The notes under the pieces are model-generated. The model was not told the origin of the DNA and made no database searches. It was given only the letters and a program-made list of their open reading frames with translations. A stretch of 64,000 nt of DNA from Cyanidioschyzon merolae. Lineage: Eukaryota. Shown piece by piece: positions 12,901 through 22,756 of the stretch. The stretch is from assembly GCA_000091205.1 (NCBI GenBank), contig AP006498.2; one strand, given 5' to 3'. A program made the position numbers and the translations under genes. Position 1 is the stretch's first letter; every line of letters begins with the position of its first letter.

Positions 12901-13032
12901 CGCAAGAATAGTCTCGCAGATGCCTTTGTCGAGCGGGTTGATGATGTATTAGAGTGTCTGGAAAGTCTACTCGATGCGTCCGCGATGGATTCAATGGTTA
13001 CAGTAGCACCGAGCGCTGACTCGGGGAAATGA
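9931..13032 (+). CDS. Bifunctional trehalose-6-phosphate synthase / trehalose-6-phosphate phosphatase (GT20 TPS domain + HAD TPP domain)
   Basis: A 1033-aa ORF with GT20 motifs LWVHDFQLMLVPQLLR, GFFLHTPFPSSEIYRMLPVRRPLLEGMLASDLIGFHTYDYARHF and LGVDRLDYIKGIP, then a HAD-phosphatase domain LLLLDYDGTLS ... ILCMGDDKSDERMF. Confidence 0.9.
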   Translation: MHCFQSRSEVFLAAVSMVDRPAVQREKSSPGNLASLLSSPGGSRLQRGGQLCSSGDANPLLRTERVGVDVDVDLNTVRDRKRLEREAYSQADITDSGLARNYSLQSLIRSPEEIESIDLNAPFVEEYLLNCIQQVQAELNEIREARTSLLRTEETSAQLTGGVDGAVKPRRLFIVSHRLPVQVHFSPVQNKNKPKILLNSSGLFASLRHLRKEYTIRWIGQLMQIQQLSAEQQDITRRILLAEHGFIPLFIDAKLCRMHQIFCNSVLWRIFHYIPVGVEGERAFCSELWSAYCRVNALYAEAISRESQPGDLIWVHDFQLMLVPQLLRSRQADARIGFFLHTPFPSSEIYRMLPVRRPLLEGMLASDLIGFHTYDYARHFFSVCSRLLGLETRPNGIDNRGAEVHVGIYPFSIDSTSFIAASRSRAVQERKRRLLEGPFAGKTVLLGVDRLDYIKGIPHKMLAFEQLLESHPEWIGRAVLLQVVVPSAPDLSLDAVDERASSDYLALRAEVEELAGRINGRFGTVEDLPIMVRIMEPDLEDLVVLYSIADVAVITSLREGMGLMSYEFAVCQGEKRGVLVMSEFCGAAHSLPGAVLCNPWSIDEVAETLHRAMALSKMERELRYQKLSKYVQMHTADRWAENIITDLVKTTETRRQYRRLDYEQLSASFRAARRRLLLLDYDGTLSAYHSHPELAKPEARVQRLLRQLVIQHPKTLVFVISGRERATLDRWLAATGCGLVAEQGYAFCWPDDAFAALDSGSGSGSGSGSAPERLDPRMRPAAVKAVAHDTAPALRSPVDKTALLEPRSGTGAVGAYGPARATPLSRMWTQPLFDHDPEVLSRALHTAIDIMLRFEDHTPGSFTQIKESSATWHYSEADPDFAYFQAQELRAHLEESLMHTPLEVLSGKNIVYVHPRGIHKGNAVRYILQQLKIEEPDWILCMGDDKSDERMFEACMEYVGVRETNPKTSPKLVDEPRAQRHVTLFTCTIGRKNSLADAFVERVDDVLECLESLLDASAMDSMVTVAPSADSGK
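12208..12238 (+). repeat. Hexanucleotide microsatellite (GGCAGC)n inside the TPS/TPP CDS, encoding a Gly-Ser linker
   Basis: The run ggcagcggcagcggcagcggcagcggcagc is visible in the DNA and translates to SGSGSGSGSGS between the TPS and TPP domains. Confidence 0.8.
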
Positions 13033-13583
13033 GCTCGCGTATTACGCTTGGACGGAGCGCGAAGCAACCGCAGCGCTTTTGTTGTATAGCAGCGCGCGGT
13101 GCTCGATACCCGGGTGATGGGCTTGTGCGCCGAAGATGTGCTTTTTCATCGAGAATTTGAAATCAAAGCACGACACGATGTTCACGTTCGCATCTTCGCT
13201 GCCGCCGTGCGCATGCCAACGTCATCGAGTTCGGGAATGGAATCGCATGCCTTCGAGCGCATGAGCATGAACCGGTAACGACATGACTTTTTGGGGTGTG
13301 GTCGATGCTCGCACCTCAAGACGAGGCCGGTCTCCTGAACGTTATTCGCTGACGTCTGCTTGGCCTTGTGGATGTTGCGTGTTTCAAGCGGGATCAAGGA
13401 AGCCTCGGACAATGACATGGCGTTGTACATACTGCGTGTCTTATGCGAATACCTGAGACTCTCTGCATAGTTCATCACCTGAGATTCATGAAGCGCTCTC
13501 GGTACTAGCGTCGGATGGTCCGGTGCTGCGATGGCTCGCCAAAATCCGATAAAAGACGAGATCCAGGATCAGTTCACGTGCTA

Positions 13584-13604
13584 GTCTGTCTGTCTGTCTG
13601 TCTG
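13584..13604. repeat. (GTCT)n tetranucleotide microsatellite
   Basis: The run gtctgtctgtctgtctgtctg is visible in the DNA. Confidence 0.85.
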
Positions 13605-14741
13605 GGGTACGCTATGGTTGAGGTCGACGACCAAGAGCGGCCTTGTCGCCGCAATGTGCCTTGTTCGCAGGCCTCCCTGGCAAGGAACCTCCATAGGCCG
13701 GCTCCCGAGATACTCGGTCCCGTGTTACGACGGATTTCGTGTTGATGAGGTAACCTGTTGAACCCGATAACGCTTAGGCTCGCAAGGACTTTTTTCTTGA
13801 TGCTCGAGCTTACCTTGCGAGGCAAGGCGACCATTTTCCGTACCCAGCATCTGTGTAACGACCCCAGCAACTGCTGCAGCGATGCACATCATTTATTGGA
13901 AGGATTGCAGCCACGATCGAAGCATCAGTGTACAGCAACTCGCGGAACGCCACGGCTTGGAATGCTGATGTAGAGGCTCGGCTGCGCTTTGTTACAGTGG
14001 AACGGACGAGAACGTTTTTTCGCGCTCGGTACGGACCCTGATACCTCTAATAGCGACTATTGTGGAATGCTGTCGTTTGGGTACCTGATCGCACCAAGTC
14101 TCTGGGTGCCTTGCATACCGGCCGCTTTTCGTGTGTACCGCAGCACCCAAAATCGATGGGTATTCGTTGAGCGTACGCAGACCCGTGAGCGGCTGCTTCT
14201 GCGTCACGCAGCGCAGCGAACCGCTTCGAACGATGAGTATCGTGGACTGGGTGCTTACCAGTGCGTGGCTATGTTGGTGTACTGCTCAGGCGTCTGCAGA
14301 TGCGTCAGGTGAAGTACAGGGGTGCTTTCAGCGCGCTTGGCTGTCTCGAGCGTGCTGATACATAAACCGCTGCGCGGATCATTGGAAATCAACGAACCCG
14401 AAATCATCATAACCATCATCAGCAGCACCAGAACCAAGTGCAGGAGCAGCCGCCAGATCTATCCTACTCGGGTCGTGGATAACGATGTTTCCAAGCGTTT
14501 ATTCAGAAACCGATGGTATGCATCTATCAGTTGATAACTAGGTCTTGCTTGGTAGCATATCTTTTGTATGTGCTACAGGAACGCGTGCCATCGCGGCGAA
14601 GTGTTGTCATTCTAGTCTGCGTGTCAACTTGCTTCTTCGCGCGTCAACATAGACGCGAACATAACGCAACCTCAGGGGCCTCCCGTCGCACAGAGCACGC
14701 TCTACGTCATGTAAACACGGAAAGCTCCATCGAATCCAAAG

Positions 14742-15128
14742 TTAATAACCGTGCTGACGCAAATAGTCCGCAACACGACCTACAGCTGTTGCACACTCAC
14801 CGGGAACGGTTCCTTTGCTGTAAAGCGCCAGCACGAGCGCCGTGCGCGTTCGCATCGCAACCAGTCCATCATCACGCTCTTTTGCGTAGACCGCGTCTCC
14901 ATCACTCCTCAAGAACATGTACTTGCGTCCGCCCACACGGATCCCCGAAGTTGCTGCATCGCCTGGGTCCACAAACGCTCGTAACAGTTTGCTGACTTCG
15001 TCCGGTGTGACCCGCAGTCCCGGGGACCGTGCCCAGATTCCACCGTCTCCACCAGCCGATATGATCGCTCCTTCCGCACACTTCCCAGAACCTATTAAAT
15101 AAGTGTCAACGTATTGCTGCCAGGACAT
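14742..15128 (-). CDS. Profilin
   Basis: The minus ORF contains a 128-aa protein MSWQQYVDTYLIGSGKCAEGAIISAGGDGGIWARS...GGRKYMFLRSDGDAVYAKERDDGLVAMRTRTALVLALYSKGTVPGECATAVGRVADYLRQHGY with the profilin signature and typical length. Start is set at the ATG (cat at 15126-15128) that gives MSWQ. Confidence 0.85.
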   Translation of the reverse strand: MSWQQYVDTYLIGSGKCAEGAIISAGGDGGIWARSPGLRVTPDEVSKLLRAFVDPGDAATSGIRVGGRKYMFLRSDGDAVYAKERDDGLVAMRTRTALVLALYSKGTVPGECATAVGRVADYLRQHGY

Positions 15129-15361
15129 GATGGGCTCTTGTCGAGAGTTCAGCGAGTCCGAAAGAAACAGTTTTTTTGAAGGAGAAACCAGAAACGTTTT
15201 AGTTTTGAACGCCACTGGTCCAGAAATGTTCAGTTTCTCGCTGCATGCCGAGAGCGTTGCGTCCGCGCCGGTGCAGCGCACTTTCACGAAGAGTTCGGGG
15301 CATTCGTGGCGATGTATTTGACCACCGCAAACCATCAGCGGCGACTATGTAGCTTGGATGC

Positions 15362-15988
15362 ATGAGTGGTCGGATCCTGTTCCACATCGAAGCGCGTCCG
15401 CAGCTCTTCCTGGCGGTGTACCTGGTACGGGGCTACCACGCGCTCTGGTCGACTGAGGAACCTGTCACCGCCTCCGGCGCGAGCACTGCGGACGGAGTGG
15501 CAACGGGCCCTGCCCTTGGCGCTAGCGAGGAAGCTGACGCTGTTTCGGAGTTATTCTTGACGCTGGTACCTTTCCTGGAGGCGAACTTGCGCTTCAGGGA
15601 GGCAAAGGATGTTGGGAGCACGACGGTAGGAGCTCGCGGAACGGGCGGTGCTGGTGTCTCTTGGGACTGGGGCGGCCCCACTGCGGAAAACTCGCCTGTC
15701 CTGCTTCCATCAGCAAAACCTGGTTCACAGCTTCTCTACGCTGTATACGTGCACACACCGGAAAAATTGACAGAAAAGTACCATTTACTGTTGTATGCAG
15801 GGAAACAGGTCACTGACGGGACGCAGCGGGTACAGCGCGACGATACCGACGCAGTGCAGAGCTGCTGGAAACGTGCAAACCTACTCCCGTTTTATCTAGA
15901 ATGCATTGAACAACACATTTCGCAGGTGTTAGAGGACGCGAGCCAAACTGCAGTTGCAGAATCGAGTGAGTCAGATGCAGCGGACTAA
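15362..15988 (+). CDS. Hypothetical protein, possibly a longin/sedlin-like (TRAPP-subunit-like) fold with a low-complexity insertion
   Basis: A 208-aa ORF. N-terminal MSGRILFHIEARPQLFLAVYLV and C-terminal LLYAVYVHTPEKLTEKYHLLLYAGKQ...LLPFYLECIEQH loosely resemble sedlin/TRAPPC2 segments. This is a weak, by-eye assignment. Confidence 0.3.
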   Translation: MSGRILFHIEARPQLFLAVYLVRGYHALWSTEEPVTASGASTADGVATGPALGASEEADAVSELFLTLVPFLEANLRFREAKDVGSTTVGARGTGGAGVSWDWGGPTAENSPVLLPSAKPGSQLLYAVYVHTPEKLTEKYHLLLYAGKQVTDGTQRVQRDDTDAVQSCWKRANLLPFYLECIEQHISQVLEDASQTAVAESSESDAAD

Positions 15989-17420
15989 CTGCGGACAATT
16001 TTCAGACCGCGCATCCCGAGTCATGACGCTGGCGAGCGATCTGAGGTCTGCAACGCAAGCCATGCCGTCATTGCCAACTTGCTCTAAAGGCGATCTTCAA
16101 TTTGTCGGATTCGTTTGTTTATGACGCGTGTGTATTCGCAAAACATGCGGATCAGCGGGTATTTGGAATCGCGCCTTGCCCAGACAGATACCTACAAGAC
16201 ATGATTCCAGGACGTATCTTGTACTGAAGCAGAGAAGCTGCACGTACCTTGAAGCACTTGATGGTGACCAGACCGATCGTCTTAGGCACAGCGTTTGCGG
16301 CGGCGGCGGCAGCGGCACCTTGCAAAGCGACATCGGCAGTCATCCGATCGACGCGGTGCTGCAAGATGCCCAGAGACACCTTTGGCCCCGTTTCGAGCAG
16401 TGCGCAGTGCGGAGCCCGTCATCATCAGCGCATTGCGGATCGATGTCAGGCGTTCGCATCTACCAGGAAGCATGATCTGCCTCGTGAGCTTCTGATGAAA
16501 AAGGGGCCTGCACTCGATCACAGTCTTCGCCACTGATCCCGTGAAGCGTGAACACTATCACTGCTCACTAGAGAAGCACTCCGAGAGCACCAGTGCACGA
16601 GCTCAAGCACCACCATGGATACGTACCTGCTCTTGGCGAATGGGCGACACACCCGAATCGAACTGTGACCCGGGGGATCCCGCCGCGCGGCCGGCGCGCG
16701 TACACACCATCCGCACCAGCACGCACTGCCGATGGTGCGGATTTTTTTTGAATTGACAAAACGTTTACTTAGGCCAGCACGCTCCGATTAAGCGAAGTTG
16801 GGAATCTTCCATGTTACCACTACACCAGCAGCGCAGCAGGATGCGCTGCCCGGGAATCGTGCGGGATGATAGAACCCGGGGCAGAAGAAGATTCCATATA
16901 ACGACCGATGGTGTGCGGATGCAGGGCGCGCGCGTGCACAGGGCATCATCCATGGACATATTTGACCTGATAAGTACAGCTAGATACCAATTATGGATCC
17001 GAACCTGCCTGTGGGCATGTGAACGGCGGCAGCTGTCCCTGTGAACATGCATTGTCGCAGGTGCTGCGTCGCAGCGTCGACTCCAGATGCAGCATGTCCA
17101 GGGGCATCACATGCGCAAACATTGCATCAACGAATCTTCTGATGGACTCCAGACCAGCTGGATGCTTGTTTTCGTATACGGAACGCATTGGGGAAAGCCT
17201 TCCCGGTTTCACGGACCCTGCTCGGCTGGCACTCGACGACATCGGAACGGCCACCATTCGAACCGCGCGATACGCTCTACTGTCGTGTGCGTATGCCCAG
17301 CGACGTCGCCAGGAGGCGCGGCTGGCGCTCCTCGATCCAGTGATCAAACGCCGCGGGCAACGCTCGTGTCAGGAAGGGTATGCAGCAGCCGCTGTGCGAC
17401 GCGACTCTTCAAGTCGCTAA

Positions 17421-19064
17421 TCATCCACGCATTCCCTCTGATCGATCGAGATGTTTTCGCTTGCTTCCCCTGGACTTGGACTTGTTCCGTGGTTTCTTCG
17501 GCAATCCGAGCAGCCACTCAGGCACAGACTCATTCTGGCCACTGAGGCGCATCACATGCGCACACGTGCGCGCCTGCGCTGCCTCATCGGCACAGAAAAG
17601 CGTGATTGCTTTCCCGGTGCGACCGTTCCGGCCAGCGCGTCCAATGCGATGCACATAAGTGACGCCGTCTGCGGGTATATCATAGTTCACCACTGTATTC
17701 ACGCACTTGAAATCAATACCGCGCGCTACGAGATCCGTGCAGACTAGATAAAATATTTGGCCAACTAGGAACTGGTGCAAGATCTGGCGCCGTGTTTCCC
17801 GATCTCGGGCTGCATGCAGTGCAGCTACTCGAGTACCCAGGAGCATGGCCTGTCGTTCACGCACAATTTGCGGAATGCCAGCAGTAGTTTTCATGAGATG
17901 CTGCAGAAGTGCAAAGCGGAGCTCCTTCGCTACAGCTTCGCAGGCTCGTTGAGTTGCCACAAAGATGAGCGCTGGTGGCTGAAGCTCGTACCCGTCGAGG
18001 ACCATCTGACGCAGCGCAAGAAGCTTGCCCTGATCGCTTCCTGAGCCACAGAACCGCAGCCGCTGCTCCACGGAGGCAACGGTTCGGGTCATACCACCTT
18101 TGGCTTCGATGTTGATTCGCAGCGGCGAGACACACACCGTGCGAGCAAGTTCATCCGCATTGGGTGGCATCGTGGCAGAAAAGAAGTGTATGCGTGGTCG
18201 TTTGCTGGATGCGCCCTCATTTTGGCATCCTTCAAGGACAATGCGCAGAATCCGATCAACTGTCGGCACCAGCGAGGGTTCCAACAGACGATCAGCTTCG
18301 TCTAGAATGATCGTCTCGCAAGGCGCTGGAAACGGAGACCTGGCGCTCCCCGATGCTTGACCAGCACCATACTCATGCGCATGGATCGCCGTCAACGGCG
18401 TCGCCACGACAAGAACAGGTCCCGACGCTGGACGTTGGACAGAAGTCGCTGTTTCGCTGCTTGCCTTACGATTTGTGGATGCCGGTGATTCACCGCTGCC
18501 TTGCCACCAGGTGGCTACGTCACTCGGTTGACAAAGTCGGCGGATTTCATGCGTAAGGACGCCTCTAGGTCCGCAGAAATGTGCTGCAACTCGCGTTACC
18601 TGCTCGGCAAGCTCCCGAGTGGGAACGAGTACCAACCCCGACTGCTTCTTGAGGAACAGCGGAAGAAGATATGCAAGTGTCTTGCCACTTCCTGTGGGTG
18701 CACAGGTGAGTACGTCGAAAGCCTCTTCAAGAAGCAACGGTACCGCCTGGCACTGGACTGCGGTAGGTGACGTAGCGCCAAAGTGCTCCGAAAGCACGCC
18801 TAGGACCTGCTCGAGAACGTCGCTGTACTGCGGATATCGCTCGAAAAGATCCGGCACGAACGCTTGAATAGGGTCCGGTATGAGGTCCCACGGAACGCTC
18901 TCGAACACGCTCTTGTAGCCATCGCGCCTTGTTAAGAAGCGATCGACCTGGATACCGTGTTGATGTCGAAAGCGTTGCACCTGCTGGAAGTGCTCTGAGT
19001 GTTCAAGCGGCTCAGCGGTTGTTTCTGAGGTATGGGAAGAGCCTTGGCAGGCGCCTTGACTCAT
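17421..19064 (-). CDS. ATP-dependent DEAD-box RNA helicase
   Basis: A 547-aa ORF with a Q-motif region and these motifs: motif I APTGSGKTLAYLLP, motif Ia VLVPTRELAEQ, motif II ILDEADRLL, motif III FFSATMP, motif VI HRIGRAGRNGRTGKAITLF. Confidence 0.9.
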   Translation of the reverse strand: MSQGACQGSSHTSETTAEPLEHSEHFQQVQRFRHQHGIQVDRFLTRRDGYKSVFESVPWDLIPDPIQAFVPDLFERYPQYSDVLEQVLGVLSEHFGATSPTAVQCQAVPLLLEEAFDVLTCAPTGSGKTLAYLLPLFLKKQSGLVLVPTRELAEQVTRVAAHFCGPRGVLTHEIRRLCQPSDVATWWQGSGESPASTNRKASSETATSVQRPASGPVLVVATPLTAIHAHEYGAGQASGSARSPFPAPCETIILDEADRLLEPSLVPTVDRILRIVLEGCQNEGASSKRPRIHFFSATMPPNADELARTVCVSPLRINIEAKGGMTRTVASVEQRLRFCGSGSDQGKLLALRQMVLDGYELQPPALIFVATQRACEAVAKELRFALLQHLMKTTAGIPQIVRERQAMLLGTRVAALHAARDRETRRQILHQFLVGQIFYLVCTDLVARGIDFKCVNTVVNYDIPADGVTYVHRIGRAGRNGRTGKAITLFCADEAAQARTCAHVMRLSGQNESVPEWLLGLPKKPRNKSKSRGSKRKHLDRSEGMRG

Positions 19065-19617
19065 GGGGAAGGTCTTACGCCAGCCTTGGTTCAGCGCTGC
19101 GCAGGGTATCCCGCTGACAGCGTCGCAAGCGTACGCTGCTCGCCCTCAAGGACAATGCGACGTCGGCCGGTCACCGTACTCCTCCGCAAGTGCGAGTCTC
19201 ACTATTCGATAGACAGGGCACAGCGCAAGCCCTCCTTTTCAAAACTGCGCACAGTCACAGGATTTTCGAAAAATCTAATCCCAAACGCTTCTAAAGTGAT
19301 CAGTGACGTCGCTTGACACACGAGCACGGGTTCAAGGTCGTTAAACAAAGCTATTTCTGAACCGGTACTCGAGAGCCATTCTCTGGTGTGCCGCAGAAAG
19401 CTGTCATTGCGCTGCCGTGCACTGCGGCTGGCACGAGGCCGGCGACATAGAGCGCTCGCCCTTTCGTCTAGACAGACGGTGTCTGCAGAGCTCTGCACTT
19501 TTGGCGAAGCCTCTGTCGTCTTTGTTTTGATTAAGACAATCGGTGCTGGCGGCACGCAGTGGACGTTTTGGAGGGAACTAGGCAACTGATTGTGCTGTAC
19601 CAGGCGGTTCAAGAAGT

Positions 19618-21057
19618 GTGTTGCCGGCACCAGCATCCGCGTCACGTTGGAGACGCTTCCTCACAAGCGCTGACTGTCGCTGTCGTGTCCAGAAGCGCTC
19701 CGCGGGGCCGGCAGCTGCAGCGACACAGGGACAGATGAACCTTGCACACAAGTTTATTCGGAACGGACCGCACGAGCTTGTGGTACGCTCTCTGCGCCTA
19801 AGCTTCGTGCAGAGACTGGTGTACAGGATCGAGTCTGCAGCAGGGCACTACGGTAGTTGCGAGCGCTCACGCGCATTCTCGGCGGCGGCAGCGGGCAAGA
19901 CAGGTTCCAGCGGCGACGGGAGAAAGCATAGCGGCAACCGGGTGCCACCGGCCGGTGAACGCGACACGGATGAACTGAAAGCAGGGTCACAGCGTGGACC
20001 AGAGCTCGCCGAGAACCGTGTGGGACGAGAGCAACTGCATAGGCGTTCCGGTGCGCCTGTTCACGGTAGGCAGCTCAACTGGGAAGAGGCGCAAAGACGC
20101 GCTGTGCTCGAGCTGTTCGGAAACCCGGCCTGGCTTGCTCCATACGCAGCAGAGATTCCGGTACAGGAACTCTCTCGAATGCTGACAACTTTTCAGCTGG
20201 TGCAGGAACAACCACGGACATTGCTCGCAGATCCAGTGCTTCCTAAGTTTGGTCGACCAAAAGACAGTCCTGTTGGTGTTCATGTTCCCGAGTCAGTGAT
20301 TGCTGCTTTTCGCCGAGAGTATCCGCCGGCAGTCGCTGGAGCCTTGGAGCTCCTCGATCCCGGTTTTGTCTGGGATACCGAGGCGGGAGGTATCCCTCGC
20401 CCAAAGAGTGAACTCCCGCCTTCTGTCTATCGTGAAGACCTGGAGACACTCTGGCAACGGGTCGATGAGCGTACCACCGGAGCAGACGAGCTCCGACAAA
20501 CGGCTCGTTCGAGTAGGACAGGCGTCAGTCGTGGACCGCTCGCAGCGCTTGCCCAGTCCACGACGCCTTCGGTTTTGCCGCGGAAACAACATCGATGCCC
20601 GTTGTGTGACCTGGCCGGGGGCAAGGCACGCGAACTGGCAATCAAGAGGGCTCGGCGAGAGCGCAAGCGGCAGATCAAAACATTCATAGACTCCTTTACG
20701 AGCGATGTCTTGGAACGGCAACAAGCTCTACGCGAAGGAAGCCCCCAAGGCACGCAGCTTGCGGCCGCCACACCGGACCAAGTCGTCGATGCTGCGCTCA
20801 TGCCGCTTCTTGAAGAAACGGTACAACGCGAACTTGAAGCTGCCAGTCAACGAGAAGTGGTAGACTTTCGGGACGTGGACTTGCTTGTTCGATTCGTGAA
20901 CGAGGCGGGTCGCATTCAGCCGAGAAGGAGGACGCACTGCTGTGCAAAGCATCAACGGTGGCTAGCACGTGCGATCAAGCATGCGCGGAATGCAGCCTTA
21001 ATCAGTCCAATACGACGGATCGGGTTCGATCTTGTGGGCCGCCCCACGGAATTTTGA
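19618..21057 (+). CDS. Ribosomal protein S18 domain protein (organellar-type bS18) with a long N-terminal extension
   Basis: The C-terminal VVDFRDVDLLVRFVNEAGRIQPRRRTHCCAKHQRWLARAIKHARNAALISP matches the bS18 signature (DLL.RF.SE.GKI.PRR.TG.CAKHQR.L..AIKRAR). The about 400-aa N-terminal part has no recognisable domain, so the start and exon structure are uncertain. Confidence 0.5.
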   Translation: MLPAPASASRWRRFLTSADCRCRVQKRSAGPAAAATQGQMNLAHKFIRNGPHELVVRSLRLSFVQRLVYRIESAAGHYGSCERSRAFSAAAAGKTGSSGDGRKHSGNRVPPAGERDTDELKAGSQRGPELAENRVGREQLHRRSGAPVHGRQLNWEEAQRRAVLELFGNPAWLAPYAAEIPVQELSRMLTTFQLVQEQPRTLLADPVLPKFGRPKDSPVGVHVPESVIAAFRREYPPAVAGALELLDPGFVWDTEAGGIPRPKSELPPSVYREDLETLWQRVDERTTGADELRQTARSSRTGVSRGPLAALAQSTTPSVLPRKQHRCPLCDLAGGKARELAIKRARRERKRQIKTFIDSFTSDVLERQQALREGSPQGTQLAAATPDQVVDAALMPLLEETVQRELEAASQREVVDFRDVDLLVRFVNEAGRIQPRRRTHCCAKHQRWLARAIKHARNAALISPIRRIGFDLVGRPTEF

Positions 21058-21453
21058 TATTATACCAGCAATTACATATGCTGAAAGCGGCTTTGTACCA
21101 ACAGGCGAAGTTGCTTGACGAGCGTGCCCCTTTGTATGCATATTTCTCGAAAGGATAGCGCTGATGCCGCGCCGCCCGTTAGCTGGTTTCAAGACGCGTC
21201 GTGTATGGCGTACCCGACCCGAGCGAGGGCGTATCGAGCATCCAGCCACAATGCCATGAAACCGGAACGACTATAACGCTCATGTCTCTCGTTCATGTGA
21301 ACGTTTGCGCCTTCCATGCCGTTTCTACAACCATAAATCCCACGTTAGAATGAAAGGGAAGCGCTCCATTTACATCAATCGGGTATGCTCACGAAACCTT
21401 TGCCGGATTCAATGGGAGCAGGCCTCTGAAAACTGGCGTTCAGGCTGACTTTT

Positions 21454-22000
21454 GGCTCGGCTTCCGCTGACATGGACAAAGGCGTGTGCGCGCTTCTCCT
21501 CTGCCGGCATCGTTTTTCTCTCTGGTACCTCTGCCTGGGAAGATGTCGATCTCGCGTGCCGCTCGAGCTTCGTTGTCGGCAACTGAAGAATGCTCATGAC
21601 AGCGTTCAAGTTCCGGTTACGCAGCTTCCGGCGCTTGCAGATGCATATCATGCACACACAAAAGCTGCTCCCTACGCTCCGCTTGTCGTTTTGCACCCGC
21701 TTTGCATGCGGCCTCGGTGCACATTTCGCGGCAGCGACAGCTTGCTGTGGTCGGATCTTCGCGTGTGGCCACCAGAGCACCTCCTCAACGCCTTTCTCGA
21801 TTTTTCAGCACCAGGTGCCGTATCCTAAGACCACGGGCTTCCTCGGGGACGATCACTTTGGTTCGTACGCTTTCTGCGGCACGCGCAAGTGCACGCTCTT
21901 CGATACGATAGAGGGTGTGTAGAACGCGATATTGTCCATGATGAAACGAGGACTCGAAGGAAAAGCAAGGCTCGAGCAAAACTCGGGAAACTTCGACCCG
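21454..22000. repeat. 550-bp dispersed/direct repeat, copy 1; 99.5% identical to 29893-30443
   Basis: Direct DNA comparison shows identity across about 548 bp with 3 mismatches (ctacgctccgc/ctacgcttcgc, tatcctaag/tatcccaag, cttcgacccg/cttcgatccg). Identical ORFs (MLWWPHAKIRPQQAVAAAKC...) appear in the track at both loci. Confidence 0.85.
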
Positions 22001-22756
22001 TGTAGTCCCAGTTCATCGCAACCGCGCTGCACGAACCGCGAAACTCGACGCTGTCCACCCAAGCCCATAATCAATAGCGAGAACGAGTTGCACCAAATCA
22101 GTTTCGCACGCACACACTATTCTCGCAGCAGCTACGCTGCGTGTAGCGATAGGTGCAGCACCTGCTCTGTGATGCAGGTACTTGCACGGAGACCTGCGGC
22201 AGCGTGCACTAGAGCGCCCTTTCCAATCGCGTTACCCATTGCCCATGACGCTTTACCCATTGCGTGATATGCTTTACAGGTTGCGTTCAACGTCTAACGC
22301 GAGGTGCGGCCTCGTGCCTGCTTCCGCGCTGGGTGCTGCGCGCGCGCGCGCGCGTTTCGGCGCTGCAGCGGCATGGCAGGCCGCGGCGCGTCAACACGTT
22401 GCGCGACTCGAAGCTGCGTTCTGCTCAGGGCGCTCACGCTGTGTACTCCTGCAAGCGGATGCCGTGTGAGATGAAATCTAGCACTACTGGATTTTGCTTC
22501 ACTTGTGCGGGTAATGGACGTTGGGAAGGCACGTTCTACGGTAGCCGTGAGCCTGTCTCCAAAGTGTGGCACTGTGGGAGCGGTGCTGGGTGTCCACGCC
22601 ACTCGATGCGCCTTCCAGGGGCGCAAGCGTCACGCCGCGCACTCCGTTAAGCAGATGATCGTGGCCAGTGGCTGGTCATGAAGAAACCGTCGTCGACCAA
22701 GGTAACGGTGCCGTCCACGTGCCGGAGGCAGCAGCACTCGGCAGCGCGAGGAGCGA

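Noticed and set aside
16620-16745. tRNA gene (GAATCGAAC-like T-loop sequence and terminal T-run)
   Set aside because: No cloverleaf could be folded in either orientation. The T-stem does not pair and the acceptor stem is absent. It is kept only as a hairpin-plus-T8 observation.
21454-22000. CRISPR array
   Set aside because: Only two long (550 bp) repeats separated by 8 kb exist. There are no short regularly spaced repeats anywhere in the window, and the context is eukaryotic.
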